From: Tubulanus polymorphus
Lineage: Eukaryota; Animalia; Nemertea
DNA: 64,000 nt
Assembly (NCBI RefSeq): GCF_964204645.1
Contig: NC_134025.1
Location: 1,364,001 to 1,428,000, forward strand
Direction: 5' to 3'
The notes under the pieces were generated by a model that was not told the origin of the DNA, did no database searches, and saw only the letters and a list, made by a program, of their open reading frames with translations. Made by a program: the position numbers and the translations under genes. Positions 56,189-64,000 of this stretch are shown here, piece by piece. Within the stretch, counting starts at the first letter, position 1. Each line of letters opens with the position of its first letter.

Positions 56189-59100
56189 CTATTTTCGTTT
56201 TAGATGTAAAGTAGCGCTAGGAGTGAGACCGGCGCAGAGTAACGTCTCTTCGTTATCGGTGAACACTCTTTTAGGAAATGACGATACGATATCATAGGAC
56301 GAACAATCATCGGCTCTAAAAATATACACAATCAAATATAAACATTTCACACAGTAGGAATAAAAAATAAAAGCTTGAAAAGTTTCTCTTGAGCTTTTTT
56401 CTTTATATCTTACTTAATTTTCCAATGGAAAGCTCCAATCGAGCTAATAGTTACTATTGGCTCACGGAAACATTTCAGAATGGATTTTTAAATTATATTA
56501 TTATTACAAGTTGAACTCAAGAGTGTTTCATCAATGGTCAACTTAAAAATAATAGATAAATATTTAAACAATGTACCTATTATTATCGATATAATTCCTG
56601 ATGTCTTGAATTGTCTCGTGGAATTTCATTTTTAATACAAATGTTTCATCTCCCGTTTCTGATTTGATACGTAACGTGGTCACATCTCGCGCCGATACGG
56701 GACGATCATCTTCATTCACATTCAATCTGAAAATACAGCATCGTATACGCCATCTATTAGCATTCAAATGAACTACCAGTTGTAAATTGCCCGAGTAACC
56801 ATATGGGTTTATACTGCGCCAACTACAAGAATGAATATCAATGGCTACCTTTGTTTCATATCAACTACAGCTTTAGTTTGCAGTAATTTCACGGATCCCG
56901 GTGCATCAGGACCACCCTATTGAGATTACAAACATCAGAATTATCGTATTGTCAAATATCAGATCGATGATATCTCATGAATTCATACGTTGATATTTGA
57001 TACTTACAGACAGTGTATTTGAGATTGAACCTCGGATATCAATTATTTTCCCATTTTTGATCACCGATGAAGGTAGTTTAGTGAGAAACTGTTCTCTTGA
57101 TAATAGTCGCGCTAAAACAAAGTTAAAGAAGAAACAATGTTATAGATAACAGATTTACCGGTAGAAAATAATCGAAAGGGGGTTCAAAACAAAAAGTACC
57201 CCAAAACCACCCCTGCACATTACAATAATGATCTATTACCTGGTAAGGTGCTGGTTGTCTCTATCTCTGATTTACTGTCTTTTAGATTCGTAGGAATCAG
57301 ATTCGATGGTTGAGTTTTTCCTCCTAATATTTGCCCCTCTCCGCAGAACACATCGACACCACGTTTATCTTTAAAATGCACATTCCTCAGATCAGTGACC
57401 TGTTTAATAATCAGAACATAAATCATTCTAACAAACTACACCATCCAGTTTACAAACTTATTTCAACTCAACTTGTAACTCTTCGCTATTACCGTGAACT
57501 GGGTACCTACGAACTGCGGCGTTTTAATTTACCTTAAACGGGATACCATCGGGATACAGTGTTTGTAATTCCGACGGAAAATATCCGTCCTGTAAATCTT
57601 TAATGCATTGATAAGTAAATGGATCTGTGAACGGTCGAAACGGCCCATTAAACATTAATATTCCATTTGCGTACAGAATTAAACTGATAGGATCGGTCGC
57701 CTGCAAACATGAGAGAGAAAACATGACAAAATCAAACGCAATAGTTGAAAATCGCACACATTGTTTTAAACAACGAGCATATCTTGCTGACAAGGGACTT
57801 ACAATTATCAGTTCAAGTTTGATTCAAGTTTGATTGTAGAACTAGATGCAGTAAGCAATCTATTTCAAATATTCTTTTGTAGTTTTCTTTTTATTCATTG
57901 TTTGTTTTCATAGGCGCTTTATTCACTTTTCTATGAAAACCAATAAATACTTTACCTTTAACCTGGCTCCATCTGTCGTATGTTGTATTTTAGATTCACC
58001 ATCTCCAGCGAGAACATTCAGATCTTTTATATTCTCAATCACCAGATCATAATCTACATTAAACTCATCATCTTGAGGCAACGAGGTTCCTGAAACAAAT
58101 ATCAGAAGTTGTTACATTGTGACAATGTAACAAATACGTAGCTGATTATTATGAGTAAATACCTGGTCTCCATAGTTCTTCCTGATCAGAATCAGAATCA
58201 TTTTTGTCACTATCTTCACCGACCCAGACCATTCCATAATCAGCCAAAAATATCTAAACACAATGTTCTATCATAGAGCACAAAGTTAAAACTTCATTTA
58301 TATCAATATCGGAATAATTACCTCCATATCTTGTACTTGTTTTTGTAATCTGTGTCTCTCTTTTTCCAGCTCCTGAATGTGTTCAATTTCTCCTCCATCA
58401 GATTCTAAACACATATACCGGTACATAACATTCTCGATTACAATACACACAAGTTATAAATCAGTTTATCGAGATTACAATAGACTCTGGGACAGATAAT
58501 GTTTATCCAAGGCAGCCTACTGAATGAAGTGAAGTAGGTTTGTTTTCCAACTTTTGTAAGCAGGGCTCATGATAATCAGAGGAAGTAGTTGAGTCCGGGG
58601 GTACGTGATTATCTGAAGCTATTGGCTCTCCGTCTACTGTATTCTATTGATGATTATCAAAACTCAAAAAGATTAAGAATCATTACCTCTTTCTCTGATC
58701 AAGATTTTCATCTTATCTTCCGCTGCCTTAATCTTCCTATCCTGAAAAATCAATTCCATTCGAAAAAATATTTCCCCGCACTCAAAAATCAATACTTAGG
58801 ATTTAAACACTCAGTACCAGATTCTTCTTACTTTATCATGGATCTCTTTATCTTGAAACTGAATTTTTAATTCAAGTTGAGCGATTCTTGACATCATTGA
58901 GGACATCAGATCCATATCAGTCGGAACTAAAAACAAGCAAATCATTTCTATTTTTTATTCAGTGGTCGAAAAAAGACATGATTCTGCATTAAACGAGGCT
59001 TTTCGAATGTCGAAAAAGTACTTTTCGAGTTGTATAGGTGATTTTAGTTTCTCTGATGATGGAGTTTAGAAGTAAACCTGAAACTGTTGGAAAATAAACA

Positions 59101-59804
59101 TTTCTACATATCTACTGTCGGTTTTTTATATGTTAACTTTACACTGAGATTTATATCAGTTAACTACAGTCAATAGTATAGGTATCAAGGCTTTGCTTCG
59201 CTTGGGCCAAACAAACACAAAAAACTTCTTATTCTCACACATTTCATATTTGTAATAAGCGCTTGATAAAGTTGTGTATATAGTCTCTATGTTTGTTTTC
59301 TAGGGAGTTGTTTGATGAGTATTTAGAACGCTTAGAATGCTTACTGTCGCTATTCTGTCGTGTTGGAGGTTTACTGGTTGATGATTGTAATTGTTTTCGT
59401 CGACCACCGCTGACCGGATCAGTCGCTAATCTCCTCACTGTTCGTGATTTATCTGCCATTTCTGCAGTGACTTCATCTAAAAGTTGCCGATCTTCATCTT
59501 CTATTTCAATCTGCGATCGAATTATATCTGAAAATGTAGAACATGAAATGATTGATTGGAAATGAAATTCTATTTCTGTATTAAATATCAGTTTTATCAC
59601 CTCGTACCAGTAATATCAGGAGATCTAAATGGTGCTGGTCTTCTGAAATATTTATAAATATCAAAATTACTCAAGAGTCTGTTTCCTCTTCAGGGTGATT
59701 TAACAACGAAATGATTGATGATCTACAAACCTTCCTCCTGCTCCTGTCCCCGGTGTTAACAGATTCTTACGCAATTTACTCAGATTTGAATATGGAGAAC
59801 TCAT
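56189..59804 (-). CDS. UBXN11: UBX domain-containing protein 11 (Socius): coiled coil, SEP, UBX
   Basis: Start MSSPYSNLSKLRK at 59804; PTDMDLMSSMMSRIAQLE coiled coil (~58830-58926); SEP domain LILYANGILMFNGPFRPF...DLQDGYFPSELQTLYPDGIPFKV (57533-57701); UBX domain TTLRIKSETG...LKMKFHETIQDIR (56577-56726) and last exon DIVSSFPKRVF...GLTPSATLHL, stop 56189-56191. Some internal exon edges approximate. Confidence 0.9.
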
Positions 59805-60134
59805 TTTCAGTTGTCTATGCTAGTTGAGGAGTAGTTAGTATGGCTGGATTTCGCGTTGCATATAATCATAGTTCATGTTTTCTAAAAATAGTGAAAATGA
59901 ACATAAACAGTTGCATAATGAGAGGTTATTCATTAGATTATAGTAAGTTACCTAATCGTTGGTGGTAAGCTTTTATAACTACTGGATGAGCTTATACCAA
60001 CTGAATTTGGAAATCTTGTAATGTTTACAGTACAGGATCAATAAAAAAGATTTGAATTGGTCACAGTACATACGAGGTCTTCGATCAAGAAGGTATTCTA
60101 CGACAAAAACTAACTGACACTTGAACTCATTTAG

Positions 60135-63100
60135 GTCTGTCTGCAGAGTTTCCAGAACCTGTCATGTCAGGGCCCAAGACCTGACATGACAGGTGGGACC
60201 TCAGGTGACAGGTCGATTTGCTAAAATGAAAATCGTAATGACTGAACCGATGATAGACGATTAGAAGATATGATAGGCGCGGATTTAAAACAAATGATAG
60301 CCGATAAGAAACAAAAAGAACATATCTTAGTGCTTTCTGAATATATTATTCAAAAACAAAAAACAAACTATGATGTGTTATGAATTCATTTAAGAATTTA
60401 TGTTTGCCTTGTAAAGATGCAATGATTGTGAATTATTTGATTTCAATAATTTTGAAGCGAGACCTCACACGGCAGCTCGCGCCATTTTGCAGAGCTTCTC
60501 GGGACCTGTGGTGACAGGTCTGCACTAAAACTGATGAAATTGAAAAAACTTTACTTTTTATAACCTTTATATAGTAAAGAGTATAATATAAATTGCTAAC
60601 CATAGATAGAGTTAATCTTAAGTTACTATAAAACAATAATTTTGAAGCGAGACCTGACACGGCAGCTCGCGCCATTTTGCAGAGCTTCTCGAGACCTGTG
60701 GTGACAGGTCTGCATTAAAACTGATGAAATGAAGGAAAACATTAATTTTTATGGTCTCTTTATAGTAAAGAGTATAATATAAATTGCTAACCATGGATAG
60801 AATTAATCTTAAGTTACTATAAAACAATAATTATGAAGCGAGACCTGACACGGCAGCTCGCGCCATTTTGCAGAGCTTCTCGGGACCTGTGGTGACAGGT
60901 CTGCTTGAAAACTGATGAAATGGAAAAAACTTTACTTTTTATGGTATCTTTATAGTAATGAATATAAAATAGATTGCTAACCATGGATATAGTTAATCTT
61001 AAGTTACTATAAAACATTAATTATGAAGCGAGACCTCACACGGCAGCTCGCGCCATTTTGCAGAGCTTCTCGAGACCTGTGGTGACAGGTCTGCTTGAAA
61101 ACTTACTTTTTATGGTATCTTTATAGTAATGAATATAATATAGATTGCTAACCATGGATATAGTTAATCTTAAGTTACTACAAAACAATAATTTTGAAGC
61201 GAGACCTCACACGGCAGCTCGCGCCATTTTGCAGAGCTTCTCGAGACCTGTGGTGACAGGTCTGCTTGAAAACTGATGAAATGGAAAAAACTTTACTTTT
61301 TATAACCTTTATATAGTTATAAGTATAATATAAATTGCTAACCATAGATAGAGTTAATCTTAAGTTACTATAAAACAATAATTTTGAAGCAAGACCTGAC
61401 ACGGCAGCTCGCGCCATTTTGCAGAGCTTCTCGAGACCTGTGGTGACAGGTCTGCATTAAAACTGATGAAATGAAGGAAAACATTAATTTTTATGGTCTC
61501 TTTATAGTAAAGAGTATAATATAAATTGCTAACCATGGATAGAATTAATCTTAAGTTACTATAAAACAATAATTATGAAGCGAGACCTGACACGGCAGCT
61601 CGCGCCATTTTGCAGAGCTTCTCGGGACCTGTGGTGACAGGTCTGCTTGAAAACTGATGAAATGGAAAAAACTTTACTTTTTATGGTATCTTTATAGTAA
61701 TGAATATAAAATAGATTGCTAACCATGGATATAGTTAATCTTAAGTTACTATAAAACATTAATTATGAAGCGAGACCTCACACGGCAGCTCGCGCCATTT
61801 TGCAGAGCTTCTCGAGACCTGTGGTGACAGGTCTGCTTGAAAACTTACTTTTTATGGTATCTTTATAGTAATGAATATAATATAGATTGCTAACCATGGA
61901 TATAGTTAATCTTAAGTTACTACAAAACAATAATTTTGAAGCGAGACCTCACACGGCAGCTCGCGCCATTTTGCAGAGCTTCTCGAGACCTGTGGTGACA
62001 GGTCTGCTTGAAAACTGATGAAATGGAAAAAACTTTACTTTTTATAACCTTTATATAGTTATAAGTATAATATAAATTGCTAACCATAGATAGAGTTAAT
62101 CTTAAGTTACTATAAAACAATAATTTTGAAGCGAGACCTGACACGGCAGCTCGCGCCATTTTGCAGAGCTTCTCGAGACCTGTGGTGACAGGTCTGCATT
62201 AAAACTGATGAAATGAAGGGAAACATTAATTTTTATGGTCTCTTTATAGTAAAGAGTATAATATAAATTGCTAACCATGGATAGAATTAATCTTAAGTTA
62301 CTATAAAACAATAATTATGAAGCGAGACCTCACACGGCAACGCGCGCCATTTTGCAGAGCTTCTCGAGACCTGTGGTGACAGGTCTGCTTGAAAACTGAT
62401 GAAATGGAAAAAACTTTACTTTTTATGGTATCTTTATAGTAATGAATATAAAATAGATTGCTAACCATGGATATAGTTAATCTTAAGTTACTAAAAAACA
62501 TTAATTATGAAGCGAGACCTCACACGGCAGCTCGCGCCATTTTGCCGAGCTTCTCGAGACCTGTGGTGACAGGTCTGCATTAAAACTGATAAAATGAAGG
62601 AAAACATTGATTTTTATGGTCTCTTTATAGTAAAGAGTATAATATAAATTGCTAACCATAGATAGAATTAATCTTAAGTTACTATAAAACAATAATTTTG
62701 AAGCGAGACCTGACACGGCAGCTCGCGCCATTTTGCAGAGCTTCTCGGGACCTGTGGTGACAGGTCTGCACTAAAACTGATGAAATTGAAAAAACTTTAC
62801 TTTTTATAACCTTTATATAGTAAAGAGTATAATATAAATTGCTAACCATGGATATAGTTAACTTTAAGTTACTATAAAACAATAATTTTGAAGCGAGACC
62901 TGACACGGCAACGCGCGCCATTTTGCAGAGCTTCGGGACCTGTGGTGACAGGTCTGCACTAAAACTGATGAAATTGAAAAAACTTTACTTTTTATAACCT
63001 TTATATAGTAAAGAGTATAATATAAATTGCTAACCATAGATAGAGTTAATCTTAAGTTACTATAAAACAATAATTTTGAAGCGAGACCTCACACGGCAGC

Positions 63101-63971
63101 TCGCGCCATTTTGCAGAGCTTCTCGAGACCTGTGGTGACAGGTCTGCTTGAAAACTGATGAAATGGAAAAAACTTTACTTTTTATGGTATCTTTATAGTA
63201 ATGAATATAATATAGATTGCTAACCATGGATATAGTTAATCTTAAGTTACTACAAAACAATAATTATGAAGCGAGACCTCACACGGCAGCTCGCGCCATT
63301 TTACAGAGCTTCTCGGGACCTGTGGTGACAGGTCTGCATTAAAACTGATATAAGAAAAAAACTTCATGCTTTAAATTGATGAGTTGATTTAAAATCAGTC
63401 TCAATAAAATCAGTCTCTATATTGCATTCGGCTCTTTTACATGTACATCATAAAGACAATGAATATATATAGTGAGACTTCAGGACTTCAGGACAGTGAG
63501 GAGTGTTGCCGAACTGTGATAGTGAGCAGATAATTTTCAGTGTCTTATTGCGGAAACGAAATATCAAGACCTCGATTCATCTAGCGAAAATATTCTCTTA
63601 TAATGTGCTCTTATTTCTACATTAATTAATTCATCTTTGCCTGAAACTTATTTTTTACCTTTAATACAGAAATAAGTCATAGTTTACACATAAATATTTT
63701 CTTCTTATAAATCAACCTTTCAAATGAATTATTTGTCAGAACATTTTCCTTATCGTTATTGTTGAATCATTTTCGATATTAACGACGGGTCAGAATATTC
63801 ATTCAACTCAAAATGTTCTTCCATTCGTCTAACACATGCCTAGATATTTCGCCGTTCCGTCAAATATTGTCATGAGTTTGGGTTTTTTCGGGACCTGACA
63901 TGACAGGTCAGACCTGTCATGTCAGGTCTTAAGACCTGACATGACAGGTTCTGGAAACTCTGCAGACAGAC
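60135..63971. mobile_element. 3.8-kb non-autonomous DNA-transposon-like element with ~80-bp TIRs enclosing a satellite array
   Basis: GTCTGTCTGCAGAGTTTCCAGAACCTGTCATGTCAGG (60135-60171) is the exact reverse complement of 63935-63971; inverted similarity continues to ~80 bp with three (G)ACCT(G)-N6-CAGG(TC) palindromes per end; no transposase ORF and no direct TSD seen. Confidence 0.82.
60445..63350. repeat. ~190-bp satellite, 15 full monomers plus a partial one, with 742-bp four-monomer higher-order repeat
   Basis: GAAGC(G/A)AGACC recurs at 60454, 60644, 60835, 61025, 61196, 61386, 61577, 61767, 61938, 62128, 62319, 62509, 62700, 62890, 63078, 63268; spacing 190/191/190/171 occurs twice. Confidence 0.97.
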
Positions 63972-64000
63972 ATCAATCCTTGAACTAAAAGATTGAAACT

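Noticed and set aside
60525-60565. CTGATGA...GAAA in satellite monomers as a hammerhead ribozyme (retrozyme)
   Set aside because: No credible stems I-III, spacing varies between monomer types, and the motif is deleted in the 171-bp monomers.
60433-63260. Repeated 66-80 aa ORFs in the satellite
   Set aside because: By-products of the tandem repeat; frames shift between monomers and no domain is recognisable.

Overview
AT-rich, intron-rich animal (probably invertebrate bilaterian) genomic DNA; nothing prokaryotic and no CRISPR array. Five multi-exon genes can be spliced by hand. On the + strand: a NELL-family gene (19668-36215; TSPN/LamG, coiled coil, 5 VWC, 6 EGF; signal-peptide exon not located) carrying an extra ~295-aa acidic S/T-rich tail, and two tandem intact MOXD1/DBH-like copper monooxygenases (41157-46779, 47804-52900) that are nearly identical except for a hypervariable catalytic-domain exon. 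On the - strand: ODF3/CIMAP1 (53168-54799) and UBXN11 (56189-59804). The first ~19 kb is non-coding with mini- and microsatellites. Mobile DNA includes a ~340-bp foldback MITE (3 copies, ~9-bp TSD, empty site visible in the paralog) whose arms carry tRNA-like A/B boxes, PIF/Harbinger-like MITEs, a piggyBac-type MITE, and a 3.8-kb element with ~80-bp TIRs enclosing a 190-bp satellite with a 742-bp higher-order repeat, each monomer of which carries the same 18-bp palindrome as the TIRs. Family assignments rest on remembered motifs; no database search was run.
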